64,000 nt of DNA from a virus (lineage: Duplodnaviria; Caudoviricetes): positions 32,001 through 96,000 of the IMG/VR virus record IMGVR_UViG_2882674194_000007. One strand, 5' to 3'. The translations under genes and the position numbers were made by a program. This document shows, piece by piece, positions 50,180 to 59,791 of the stretch (position 1 is the first letter of the stretch; the number at the start of each line of letters is the position of its first letter). The notes beneath the pieces are model-generated. The model was not told where the DNA came from. It ran no database searches and saw only the letters and a program-made list of their open reading frames with translations.

Positions 50180-50815
50180 ATGGATCAGATAATCATACCT
50201 GAATATATGGAGCCAATAGTAGTTTCATATTATCAGAATAATGCAAAGAAATTAAATAATGTGGTGGACAAAATTTTACTTAAACTTCATTTTGTTGATA
50301 TTGACAAGAATGACTTTTATTCTTTGGCAAATGAGGTTTTTATGTATACGGTTAGGGATTATGACAAATCACAATCATTTGATGGTTTTTTATATTCTTG
50401 CTTATATAAGAGATTTTGTACAGAAATGACAAGTAGAAAAAGAGATAAGAGGTGTACTAAAGTAAAAGTTAAAGAAAAAAATGAAAAAGGAGAAGTAATT
50501 GAGAAGATTGTAATTATACCTGATGTAAGTATATATTCACCAATTGGAGAAGATGAAAGTTCTACTATTGAAGATATGATAGCAGATGAAACCACTATTG
50601 AAAAAGAAGTTTTTGATAAAAATGAAGAAGGATATAGTAAGAAAATGCTTTTGTATTTGAACAGACTTTCAAATCTTCAGAAAGAGGTATTAAGGCTTAA
50701 TATAGCGGGCTATCTTCCAAATGAGATTAGAGAAGAATTACATATAAGTGAAAAACAATATGCAGATTGTTATGCTGCTATTCATTCATATAGAAATGTT
50801 TCAGTGTTGTTTTAA
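50180..50815 (+). CDS. Sigma-70 family sigma factor
   Basis: Region 2 YDKSQSFDGFLYSCL; region 4 LSNLQKEVLRL...EIREELHISEK. Confidence 0.8.
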   Translation: MDQIIIPEYMEPIVVSYYQNNAKKLNNVVDKILLKLHFVDIDKNDFYSLANEVFMYTVRDYDKSQSFDGFLYSCLYKRFCTEMTSRKRDKRCTKVKVKEKNEKGEVIEKIVIIPDVSIYSPIGEDESSTIEDMIADETTIEKEVFDKNEEGYSKKMLLYLNRLSNLQKEVLRLNIAGYLPNEIREELHISEKQYADCYAAIHSYRNVSVLF

Positions 50816-50849
50816 TTGATATAAAAGAGAATAATGGGAGGAATTTAAA

Positions 50850-52223
50850 ATGGCAAGACCTAGAAAACAAACCTATACTTTGGACATGTATCTAAAGAAG
50901 AACCGGAAGGGAGACATTGATAACAATGCAGATGTTCAGAGAAATTTTGTCTGGAATAATGAGCAGATCAATGAACTGATCGTCACCGTACTGACAGATG
51001 ACTATATTCCTCCCATTATTCTCGGAGAAGAATCTAATTCAAGATTACATATTGTGGATGGCGGTCAAAGGACAGCAGCGTTAATAAAATATAGATATGG
51101 AAATCATAAGATAACATCTTCTATAGAAAACTCTATTATACCTTACAAGAAAAAGACATTGGACAAAGATGGAAAAACAATATATGAGGATACTGTATTT
51201 GATATAAAAAACAAGACTTTTGAAAAACTTCCTGATGAATTAAAGGAAAAGTTTGATGAATATCAGATTGAAACAGTTATTCATGAATCTTGTGATAGCT
51301 TTATAATTTCCAGATATATCAAAAGATATAATAATCATGTAGCCATGAATACTGAACAGAAAGCTTTTACATACATTGATAAATTTGCAAGTCGAATCAG
51401 AGAAATCGTTAATAGTAAATTCTTTGTTGAGTGTAACAATTATTCTGAAAAGGATAAGACAAAGGGTGTTGTTGAGAGAATAGTTGTAGAATCTATGATG
51501 TGTATGAATCATTTCGACAATTGGAAAACGCAGCCAAAACCGGCCTTTAAATATCTTAACGACCATGCTGCTGAGGAAGAATTTGATATGTTTGCTGATA
51601 ATCTGCATAGGCTTGAAAATATCATAACCGTCGATATTAAGAACATATTTAATAAAAAAGATTCCTTTGTATTCCTTACGCTGTTTGATAAATTTACACG
51701 GCTTGAATTAGATGATGAGAAGTTTGTTGGGTTTCTAAGAGAGTTTCAATGCAAATTGCGTCCAGTCAAAAGAAATGATAAAGGGTTATTGTTTGATGAA
51801 ATTGATAAAGATGCAAGTACAAAGGATAAGCAGGTAATAACTGATAAATTGCATATGCTTGAGAATCTGATGTTGGATTTTTTGCATATTGATAACACTA
51901 ATTCCGCGCAAAGTAATATAGAGTCATTTATAGCTCAAAATCTTGATATGGATGTAGAAACTGTTCAAGTTGATATGGATTTTTATAATGAGTCATTGAA
52001 CGAATTATTAGATCATACAGTCAAGATTGATTCTAAATTGCGTAATGAAGCAAATAGACCTTCGTTGTTAGCAATGATGGTTTATTCATATAAAGAAGAT
52101 AAGGATTTAGATAAATGGATGACCGAATACGCAAGGCAGAATAATACATATTTTGTTGACCAGAAAAAGAATTTCTTACATATGAAAAATGATTTTGAAC
52201 ATTATCTTAAAAAATGTGCATAA
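50850..52223 (+). CDS. DUF262/ParB-like domain protein
   Basis: VQRNFVW, IPPIIL, IVDGGQRT. Confidence 0.85.
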   Translation: MARPRKQTYTLDMYLKKNRKGDIDNNADVQRNFVWNNEQINELIVTVLTDDYIPPIILGEESNSRLHIVDGGQRTAALIKYRYGNHKITSSIENSIIPYKKKTLDKDGKTIYEDTVFDIKNKTFEKLPDELKEKFDEYQIETVIHESCDSFIISRYIKRYNNHVAMNTEQKAFTYIDKFASRIREIVNSKFFVECNNYSEKDKTKGVVERIVVESMMCMNHFDNWKTQPKPAFKYLNDHAAEEEFDMFADNLHRLENIITVDIKNIFNKKDSFVFLTLFDKFTRLELDDEKFVGFLREFQCKLRPVKRNDKGLLFDEIDKDASTKDKQVITDKLHMLENLMLDFLHIDNTNSAQSNIESFIAQNLDMDVETVQVDMDFYNESLNELLDHTVKIDSKLRNEANRPSLLAMMVYSYKEDKDLDKWMTEYARQNNTYFVDQKKNFLHMKNDFEHYLKKCA

Positions 52224-52237
52224 AGGAGGCTAAAATT

Positions 52238-52492
52238 ATGTTGTATATGAGTAATGACAGAAAAGGTATTTTTAAAACTGAACAGGAATGTTATGAGTAT
52301 GAGCAACGGATCAAAAGAGAAAAAGAGAATGAAGAAAAATTGGAGAAGAAACGTCAGAGTAGATTGAATTCTATCAATAAAAAGTACGAAGATTTGCAGA
52401 AGGATATAGCTGAATATAAGAAAGATTATGGTACGAGGTTGGAAGGATATTTCACACCATTTCATGAACTTTTGAATATGCTGTATCGGTAA
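52238..52492 (+). CDS. Hypothetical protein
   Basis: AAGGAGG RBS. Confidence 0.7.
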   Translation: MLYMSNDRKGIFKTEQECYEYEQRIKREKENEEKLEKKRQSRLNSINKKYEDLQKDIAEYKKDYGTRLEGYFTPFHELLNMLYR

Positions 52493-52530
52493 GTTAAAAG
52501 CCGCATTTCATCGGGAAATATGGAGGAAAA

Positions 52531-52788
52531 ATGAAACAATACATAATTTATGAATGTGAAAATTGTGGTAAAAAATCCAAAGACAAAACTGAAATTATCA
52601 AGTGTGAAGCTGCTCATTTAAATCTTTCTGAAGATGAATATCAGAAATGGGAGGATTTGAAACAAAATGTTAGATATGCGTCCCATATTGTAAGTACCTG
52701 TAAGAATGAGCAGACTGATAAAGAATTTGACTATGCAATTGCTGAATTAATGAATTTTGAGAAGCTGCATAGGATAGAGGAGAATTAG
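52531..52788 (+). CDS. Hypothetical protein
   Basis: YECENCG...KCE..H. Confidence 0.7.
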   Translation: MKQYIIYECENCGKKSKDKTEIIKCEAAHLNLSEDEYQKWEDLKQNVRYASHIVSTCKNEQTDKEFDYAIAELMNFEKLHRIEEN

Positions 52789-52790
52789 TT

Positions 52791-53669
52791 ATGAGCGATA
52801 AGAAAATGAAAAGAGACGATTTGGGAAATCGTATGAAAACATTTTATGAGGAGATTCCTAAAACAAGGTTAATGAGACGTTGCCCAGTTATATGTCGGAT
52901 TGATGGCAAAGCATTTCATACGTTTACAGATAAATTTAAAAGACCATTTGATAATATTCTCATAAAAACTATGCAAGAGACAGCAAAATATCTTTGTGAG
53001 AATATCCAGGGATGTCAATTAGCGTATACACAATCAGATGAAATTTCCCTGTTATTGATTGATTATCAGCGATTTGAAACCTCAGCTTGGTTTGACTATG
53101 AAATTCAGAAAATGTGTAGTATTTCTGCAAGCATGGCAACTATGGCATTTAATAAATTCTTTGTTACAAATGTATCAAGTTTTATTTGTAAAATTCATTC
53201 AACGAGAGATGAAAAAGTCATTGCAGAAAATAAAGGATATATAAATGTGTTACAAGATTCTATTTTTAAGGGTGCTATGCTTGATGCCAGAGTCTTCAAT
53301 ATTCCCAAAGAAGAAATAACTAATTATTTCTACTGGCGGCAATTAGATGCCTCAAGAAATAGTATTCAGATGGTAGGACAAGCAAATTTCAGTCATAAGG
53401 AGTTACAGTTTAAATCTTGTAATGACATTCAGGATATGCTCATGACTCAGAAAGGTATTAATTGGAATGACTTTCCTATATATCAGAAGCGTGGGAGCTG
53501 TGTGGTTAGAAATCGAATTATTCTTGAATCAGATGGCGTAAAGGAAAAGTGTATATTGCGTGATCCGAAACAGGGTGAGAATAATTGGATTGTTGATTAT
53601 GATATTCCAATTTTCAAAGGTGATGGCAGAGAATATATTGAACGGTTGGTTAATGTAGGAGAGATGTAA
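52791..53669 (+). CDS. Thg1-like tRNA(His) guanylyltransferase / 3'-5' polymerase
   Basis: RIDGKAFHTFT, QSDEISL, DARVF, WRQLDASRNS. Confidence 0.92.
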   Translation: MSDKKMKRDDLGNRMKTFYEEIPKTRLMRRCPVICRIDGKAFHTFTDKFKRPFDNILIKTMQETAKYLCENIQGCQLAYTQSDEISLLLIDYQRFETSAWFDYEIQKMCSISASMATMAFNKFFVTNVSSFICKIHSTRDEKVIAENKGYINVLQDSIFKGAMLDARVFNIPKEEITNYFYWRQLDASRNSIQMVGQANFSHKELQFKSCNDIQDMLMTQKGINWNDFPIYQKRGSCVVRNRIILESDGVKEKCILRDPKQGENNWIVDYDIPIFKGDGREYIERLVNVGEM

Positions 53670-53850
53670 TATGAATGAGTTTGATAAGTGTTATTTCTGT
53701 ACATGTTATGATAAATATGAAGGTTGTGAATGTGGATGTAATAATAAGTCTGGTTTCGATCCAGACCATGACAAAATTATTGCAAAGGCAAAAGAGAAGC
53801 ATATATCGGTGGCAGATGTAATTGCTTTAATGAATATTTGAGGTGGAAGA

Positions 53851-54270
53851 GTGAAAAGTGGAGATATTGTTATATACAGAGACGATGTAGGAACTGTGGT
53901 TACAGATTTTGAAAATAGAAAGATATTAAGATTTTTGCCTTGTAATTATGGTGTATATTCTACTTCAAGACTCAAAGTAATAACTGAGAACGATGTTAGA
54001 GAAGCAACACATGAGGAAAAACTTGACCTAATAAAAAGAGAATACCATTGGGGAAAAGTCTTAGAGATTCATTGTATTGGTGAATATCAGATTGTTGAGG
54101 CTATTAAAGATGATGGAAAAGTTCATTATCACGGATATATCAATTACAAAGATACCAATACAAGTTATTGTTCGTTGGATTCTGCTTTGGTTGGATGTAT
54201 AGGAAGAAAACATGAGGGTGGAAATGGAAATGCGGCAATGTATTTTTGCAAAATGATAGGCATTGGATAG
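53851..54270 (+). CDS. Hypothetical protein
   Basis: GAGGTG RBS. Confidence 0.7.
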   Translation: MKSGDIVIYRDDVGTVVTDFENRKILRFLPCNYGVYSTSRLKVITENDVREATHEEKLDLIKREYHWGKVLEIHCIGEYQIVEAIKDDGKVHYHGYINYKDTNTSYCSLDSALVGCIGRKHEGGNGNAAMYFCKMIGIG

Positions 54271-54405
54271 TGATGAAACTAACATTTTAAGTTGGCGGCT
54301 GAAAGTTTGGTGTAAAGAGAAAGTTTTTAATGAAGAAGGTGTGGAATAGCCTAAAGTCATCCAGTTTTGAAAAATTAATTTCAACCGGAGAAAGGGATAT
54401 ATAGG

Positions 54406-54747
54406 ATGAAAAAATCAGAATTGAAATCTGGAATGATTATTCAAACAACGCATAACAGATTTGGTGTAATAGAGTTAGAAAATAATCGTATTGATATTTG
54501 TTATGACCCAGATTCTATAGATAAAGTTTTAGAAAAGATTTCATTGGATGATATTTTTGAATATGGGGATGGACAATTAGGTATTGGATGTATTTTAGAT
54601 AAAGAAACAAAAGAGAGTTATCCTAATATGTATCGTAATTATGAAGTTGGCGAAAAGGTTATTTTTTATGAAATTGTAGCAATCTATAATTTGCAACAAA
54701 TATATTATAATGGTGAGGGGATATACCCATCAATAAAATTGCAATAA
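54406..54747 (+). CDS. Hypothetical protein
   Basis: MKKSELKSGM; between motifs at 54368 and 54757. Confidence 0.7.
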   Translation: MKKSELKSGMIIQTTHNRFGVIELENNRIDICYDPDSIDKVLEKISLDDIFEYGDGQLGIGCILDKETKESYPNMYRNYEVGEKVIFYEIVAIYNLQQIYYNGEGIYPSIKLQ

Positions 54748-54789
54748 TTATAGGAATGAAAATTTGATTTTGTGGTGTGAGGTGATAAG

Positions 54790-55146
54790 ATGACAGAGAA
54801 TGAAGCAATCGCAAGAATGAGGTACAGGATAGATACAGCAACAGAAGTAATTGGAAAGGGTTCTGATGGTAAGGCTTATGAGGATATGGAAATGGCAATC
54901 AAAGCACTTGAAGAAATTCAACAGTACAGAGTAATTGGGACAGTTGAGGAATGTCGAGAGGCACGGGAAAGGCAGATTGGGAAGAACCCCATAATTTTAA
55001 GTGAGCAATCTGTAGAATCAGAGAGAAAATTATATATAGCAAAGTATTTCAAATGTCCTACTTGTGGAAACACATCTACATATTTCGGAGGACTACCTAA
55101 TAATTGTCATAATTGTGGTCAGAGGTTGGAGAGTGATACTACATGA
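54790..55146 (+). CDS. Phage protein with C-terminal zinc ribbon
   Basis: CPTCG...CHNCGQRL. Confidence 0.75.
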   Translation: MTENEAIARMRYRIDTATEVIGKGSDGKAYEDMEMAIKALEEIQQYRVIGTVEECREARERQIGKNPIILSEQSVESERKLYIAKYFKCPTCGNTSTYFGGLPNNCHNCGQRLESDTT

Positions 55147-55346
55147 TCTACCAAATAGCAGATCAAAAGCATCCATTTATGGGACTATACAACAAGGTTT
55201 GTAAAACCCCTGTTTATTGGTGTCGATTACATCAAGTCTGGTTGTCTGATGATGATGTAAAGAAGAAACAATGTAAATGTAAACAGACTTTTGACATGGT
55301 TGGTACATATTGTTGCGGAAATTTAGTCAAGAAATCAATAAAATGA
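55143..55346 (+). CDS. Small Cys-rich protein
   Basis: Overlaps previous stop; WCRLH. Confidence 0.65.
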   Translation: MIYQIADQKHPFMGLYNKVCKTPVYWCRLHQVWLSDDDVKKKQCKCKQTFDMVGTYCCGNLVKKSIK

Positions 55347-55409
55347 AACTTTTAAGAGGAGAAAAGAGAAATATTAAATTATAAAACAAAATGAAAAAGG
55401 AGAAAAATT

Positions 55410-56177
55410 ATGTGTAATTTTAAAAGCGGAATTATTTTAAAGAACAAAGTGGTTTTAGCACCAGAAGGAAATGAGAGTCATTCAGATTTATTGGAGAGTC
55501 TTGGTATTGAAGATAATCATATAAATGCAACAAAAACATTTGTAAGAGCAGAATTGATTCCAAAAAACAATGACAAAATGACGGATGTAAAAGAGTGGAG
55601 ATATAAAGTTGATCAGGATATTGTACCTGATTGGTATGAGAAAGATCCAGAGAGATATGAAAAGGAATTCAGAGATGCAGTTGAAAAGTATATGGAAGAT
55701 TGGAGGAAGAAATTCAAATATATTTGTGGGTATTATTGGACAAGTGTACAGGATGGAGATCGTACATATTATTTTATGAATAGTATCCTTAAAAAGTCTG
55801 AGTTTGGTAAGACAAATAATTACGCAGAATCTTATGTACGCAAGGAGCTTGTTAATAGTGAGTTAGCTGAATCTTTAAAGAAAGAATTTGGAGACAAATT
55901 ACTTCCTATTTCGCTGGATTTGACATCAATGGATGGATTTAAGGATTATGATATGGTAGAAGGCGACATTCTCGCGATTACTAATATTCAGTTGTTAATG
56001 AAATTCGGAGAAAGCATTCCATTGATTGATAATTGGTATTGGCTTGCTACACCTAATCAGACACCCAAAAGAGGAGATGCCCGCTGTGTTCAGTTTGTTA
56101 ACTCCTGTGGCTATGTGTGCTACAACGTCTGTGGCTATGACGGGGGCGTGCGTCCGTTTTTTATCCTTAAATCTTAA
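55410..56177 (+). CDS. DGR target protein with C-terminal CLec-like (DUF6273-like) domain
   Basis: WYWLATP...GGVRPFFIL C-terminus contains the VR. Confidence 0.9.
   Translation: MCNFKSGIILKNKVVLAPEGNESHSDLLESLGIEDNHINATKTFVRAELIPKNNDKMTDVKEWRYKVDQDIVPDWYEKDPERYEKEFRDAVEKYMEDWRKKFKYICGYYWTSVQDGDRTYYFMNSILKKSEFGKTNNYAESYVRKELVNSELAESLKKEFGDKLLPISLDLTSMDGFKDYDMVEGDILAITNIQLLMKFGESIPLIDNWYWLATPNQTPKRGDARCVQFVNSCGYVCYNVCGYDGGVRPFFILKS
56079..56158 (+). repeat. DGR variable repeat (VR)
   Basis: Ungapped match to TR; 16 mismatches, 14 at TR adenines. Confidence 0.95.
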
Positions 56178-56219
56178 ATCTTTGAATCTTGCGAGAATCT
56201 TTCGGATAGCCAGGAATTA

Positions 56220-56238
56220 GGCGCTGCGTAGCAGTGCC
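56220..56238 (+). other. Hairpin downstream of VR/IMH (candidate retrohoming structure)
   Basis: GGCGCTGC-GTA-GCAGTGCC. Confidence 0.55.
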
Positions 56239-56278
56239 GTGGCTTGTCGATGAGCGACTGAAAGGAGCGGAGTAGCCA

Positions 56279-56647
56279 GTGAGCGAAGCGAAACTGGATG
56301 TTATTGTAAAATCAATTAATCTTATGGAATATACCATGACAATTACATCAAACCGAAAGAGGTATCCAGTTAAGCATTTGACATTGGTAAAACGCATCCA
56401 AAATCGCTGTATGGATATATATGAATATTTGCTTGATGCGAATAGGCTGAAATTGGATACTTCAAAATTAGAACGTCAGGAATTACAAACAAAAGCAATT
56501 TCGTGTTGTGATAAATTGTCCTGTTATGTAGAACTTTCTATGAAGTTAAATTTGATTGGAAGTGATACAGTTGAATATTGGCAGAAACAAATAAATGATG
56601 TGAAATATATGAGCATTGCTTGGCGTTCAAAAGATAAAGAGAGATAA
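56279..56647 (+). CDS. avd: DGR accessory variability determinant (four-helix bundle)
   Basis: 122-aa helical protein (RYPVK...L...I...AN...W) between target and TR. Confidence 0.85.
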   Translation: MSEAKLDVIVKSINLMEYTMTITSNRKRYPVKHLTLVKRIQNRCMDIYEYLLDANRLKLDTSKLERQELQTKAISCCDKLSCYVELSMKLNLIGSDTVEYWQKQINDVKYMSIAWRSKDKER

Positions 56648-56668
56648 TTTTAGGTTGTTTGTTGTATA

Positions 56669-56748
56669 ACCCACTATGTTCAGTACGTTAACTCCAATGG
56701 CAATGTGAACTACAACGACTGTGACTATGACAAAGGTGTGCGTCCGTT
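56669..56748 (+). ncRNA. DGR template repeat (TR)
   Basis: AAC/AAT-rich copy of VR; flanks AGGTTGTTTGTT 56652 and AATAAACAACCT 56810 can pair. Confidence 0.95.
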
Positions 56749-56867
56749 CTGGATCGGAAGACGAAAGAAAGTAAGAGAAACACTGAAATTAGAGTCCCGA
56801 TATCAAAAGAATAAACAACCTTTCCTAGCTCAAAAATGTCAGGATAAATACAAAGGAACAAAATTTT

Positions 56868-57905
56868 ATGATAGAAGATAAATCAGATTTTGAAAAAGTA
56901 GTAGATTTCGGTAATTTGTATCAAGCATATTTAAAATCTAAATCAGGCAAAGGGTTTTCAAAAAGCAGTCAGAAATTTCAAGTGGCAACTCTTGATGGTA
57001 TCCATCAGATAAAGAGAAGATTAGAAACAAAAACATATCAAGTATCAAAATACAATGAATTTACAATATACGAACCGAAAGAAAGAGTCATTAAAGCATG
57101 TTCGTTTGTAGATAAAATTGTACAACATAGTTTGTGTGATAATGTACTTATTCCCAAATTGAGTAAAGAGTTTATTCAAACAAATTATGCTGGGCAGATT
57201 GATAAAGGTACATTATATGGTTTGGATTGTCTGAAATCACAAATGTATTTAGCATATCAGAAATATGGATATGATTGTTGGATTGTAAAAGCTGATATAA
57301 GTAAATTCTTTTATAATATTGACCACAATATTTTGAAGGATATTGTTGGTTATTTTATAGAAGATAAGGATGTGTATTGGTTGTGTGAGAAATTCATTGA
57401 TAGTACAGAAGGGTTAGGGCTTCCTCTGGGGAATCAGATTAGCCAAGTGTATGCGCTTTTATATTTATCAGGTTTGGATCATTTTATTACTGGTGAACTT
57501 GGAGTGAAATACTATGGAAGGTACATGGATGATTTTTATTTGATTGTCCAATGTAAAGAATATGCAAAATGGTGTTTATCTGCGATTTATGAATTTGTAT
57601 ATACATTAGGACTTGAATTAAATGATAAGACACAAATTATTCCGTTTAAGAATGGAATTAAGTTTTGCGGATTTCATACATATGTCACTTTAGATGGCAA
57701 AGTTATCCGAAAGCTGAAGAACGAAAATAAGCGTGTTGCTAAAAAGAAATTTAAGAAAATGGTTGGATTAGTGAGGTGTGGTAAACTTAGCAAAGATAAA
57801 TTTTATGAGAGTTACAATGCTTGGAAAAATCATATATCACATGGCAATTGTGTGAAATTAGGATATGAGATGGATAGATATGTAGAAGAGTTATTTGGAA
57901 AATAA
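56868..57905 (+). CDS. DGR reverse transcriptase
   Basis: KADISKFF, GLPLGNQISQ, YGRYMDD. Confidence 0.96.
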   Translation: MIEDKSDFEKVVDFGNLYQAYLKSKSGKGFSKSSQKFQVATLDGIHQIKRRLETKTYQVSKYNEFTIYEPKERVIKACSFVDKIVQHSLCDNVLIPKLSKEFIQTNYAGQIDKGTLYGLDCLKSQMYLAYQKYGYDCWIVKADISKFFYNIDHNILKDIVGYFIEDKDVYWLCEKFIDSTEGLGLPLGNQISQVYALLYLSGLDHFITGELGVKYYGRYMDDFYLIVQCKEYAKWCLSAIYEFVYTLGLELNDKTQIIPFKNGIKFCGFHTYVTLDGKVIRKLKNENKRVAKKKFKKMVGLVRCGKLSKDKFYESYNAWKNHISHGNCVKLGYEMDRYVEELFGK

Positions 57906-57919
57906 AAGAGAGGTTCATT

Positions 57920-58204
57920 ATGAATTACGAGGTAGAAGATCAGTATAACGTTTTTATCAAAGATGTAGAAACAGGTTTACTTTCTCACGAATTATATTTA
58001 AGAGAAGACGAGTACGAAGATGAATATTCTCACAGTGTGATTGATAGAGGACATGTATTATTATCTGAAAGAATTAGAAAATATCTACATGATAAATTAC
58101 CCAATCAGTATTGTGTATTTGTAGATTGGTGTGTTCGTGTTATGTCAGTAGAGATGGCAGAAAAGAAAAATATTAGCAATTATAAAAACTATATTGTTAA
58201 GTAG
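57920..58204 (+). CDS. Hypothetical protein
   Basis: GAGG RBS. Confidence 0.7.
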   Translation: MNYEVEDQYNVFIKDVETGLLSHELYLREDEYEDEYSHSVIDRGHVLLSERIRKYLHDKLPNQYCVFVDWCVRVMSVEMAEKKNISNYKNYIVK

Positions 58205-58244
58205 TTGAAACACGAGTTTCATAGATGAGGAGTGAGAAAGATAA

Positions 58245-58736
58245 ATGTTAAAGCCAGCACAATTATATAAAGATGAATTGCAGAAGAGAAACATTGAAAC
58301 ATGGTATGACCAGAGATATATGTATTATCACAGCGGAACAGGCGCATATGATATTCAGTTTGCGGATAATAATTGCGATAAGCACCAGTTTGTGTCTGTA
58401 GACAAAGATGATAATGTACTTGGTTATATATCTTACAAAATTGATTGGTGCGCTTTAAATGCTGACAACTTTGGAATTATAAGCTATGACATGGGAAATG
58501 TTGAATTTGCAAAAGACTGTTATAAAGTGGTATGTGATTTATTTGAAAAGTATCACATGAATAGAGTTGGATGGTTTGCTTTTGCTGATAATCCTGCAAT
58601 TAGAGGGTATAGAAGTTTTATAAAGAAACATGGAGGTAGGGAATGTGCTTATTTGCGGCAGATTTCTAAACTTACAGACGGAAATTTACATGACGCTGTT
58701 GAATTTGAAATATTGGCAGAGGAATTTATTCGATAA
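58245..58736 (+). CDS. GNAT (RimJ/RimL-like) acetyltransferase
   Basis: VLGYISY...NPAIRGYRSFIKKHGG...DGNLHD..FEI. Confidence 0.6.
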   Translation: MLKPAQLYKDELQKRNIETWYDQRYMYYHSGTGAYDIQFADNNCDKHQFVSVDKDDNVLGYISYKIDWCALNADNFGIISYDMGNVEFAKDCYKVVCDLFEKYHMNRVGWFAFADNPAIRGYRSFIKKHGGRECAYLRQISKLTDGNLHDAVEFEILAEEFIR

Positions 58737-58759
58737 ATCGAAGGTTTCAAGGAAGGAGC

Positions 58760-58996
58760 GTGAGTAATATTAAAGAAAATATGATTAAAACGCAAATAGG
58801 TAAAAATATATTTCATGAATATGATTCAAATTCACTTTTTGATCGAAATATAGAAGAATTTCATAATATGACAAAAGACCATACTGAAATTTTAGGTCAA
58901 TTTCTTGATTTTACAGCAATGAGTATAGAACAACTTAAAGAGTGTTTGTTAAGTGGTTATATACACATGGATAGAGGTAAGTTTATTAGCAGATGA
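58760..58996 (+). CDS. Hypothetical protein
   Basis: Between motifs at 58734 and 58994. Confidence 0.65.
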   Translation: MSNIKENMIKTQIGKNIFHEYDSNSLFDRNIEEFHNMTKDHTEILGQFLDFTAMSIEQLKECLLSGYIHMDRGKFISR

Positions 58997-59027
58997 ATGA
59001 AACATTTCAACTGAGGAGGTAGATAAA

Positions 59028-59219
59028 GTGAAGCCTTGGGGAGGCAATGAACTTGATTATCGTGGATGTAAAATAAAGAATAATAAAAGAGAAAAATGCC
59101 TTTATATTTATGATAGTAAAGGAAATTTTCTCTTTAAAGTAGATAATTATAATCATGGAGCCATATCAAGTGCTAAAGAGTCTATTGATATTTTGATTAA
59201 AAGATATGAACAATTATAG
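59028..59219 (+). CDS. Hypothetical protein
   Basis: GGAGGT RBS. Confidence 0.65.
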   Translation: MKPWGGNELDYRGCKIKNNKREKCLYIYDSKGNFLFKVDNYNHGAISSAKESIDILIKRYEQL

Positions 59220-59369
59220 AATAGTAAAATAAGCACTCTGATAACTTTGGCGAGCTGCAGAGTGCTTATCCAACACAAAACGGTAATCCGTCTTGATGAA
59301 TCTTATTATAACAATTCTAAAAGACTTATTCAAGTCGGTTTTCACTACAAAAATAAAACGGAGGATAAT

Positions 59370-59684
59370 TTGAAATTAGAAAGACGTAAAAGTGTATGTG
59401 AGGAATACAGATGTGATTTGACTAAAGAATTAGATGATATGTCTGGTATCTCAAAACAACATTATTATGATATGTTCCATCATTATATATTAGCAGATGA
59501 ATGGTGTAAAAAAGAAAAATGTCTTGCTATCAGGGTTCCAGGAGGAACAGTTGGTGGTATTCATTTTAATGATAACAATACTATTACCAAAATAGTAATT
59601 GATATAGATTATGTTGTAAAAACATATCCATCTAATGTAAATGATCTAATTCAAAAGTATATTGGAGAAGTAATAGAGTGGTAA
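59370..59684 (+). CDS. Hypothetical protein
   Basis: GGAGG RBS before TTG 59370. Confidence 0.7.
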   Translation: MKLERRKSVCEEYRCDLTKELDDMSGISKQHYYDMFHHYILADEWCKKEKCLAIRVPGGTVGGIHFNDNNTITKIVIDIDYVVKTYPSNVNDLIQKYIGEVIEW

Positions 59685-59791
59685 GCGGTTGAAATAAATC
59701 TTTCAAAGAAATAGAAATAGTAACTATAAAAACGAAAGGAGTAAGAGGTTTGCTGGCCAGCATGAAAGACTGTCTTTACTCCAAAATGTAA

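Larger units (their letters stand above)
55410..57905 (+). mobile_element. Diversity-generating retroelement (target-VR, avd, TR, RT)
   Basis: 80-bp VR/TR pair with mostly adenine-specific mismatches, Avd, DGR-type RT. Confidence 0.96.

Noticed and set aside
56868-57905. RT as a group II intron, retron or Abi RT
   Set aside because: The LGNQISQ motif, Avd and the adenine-specific TR/VR pair identify a DGR.
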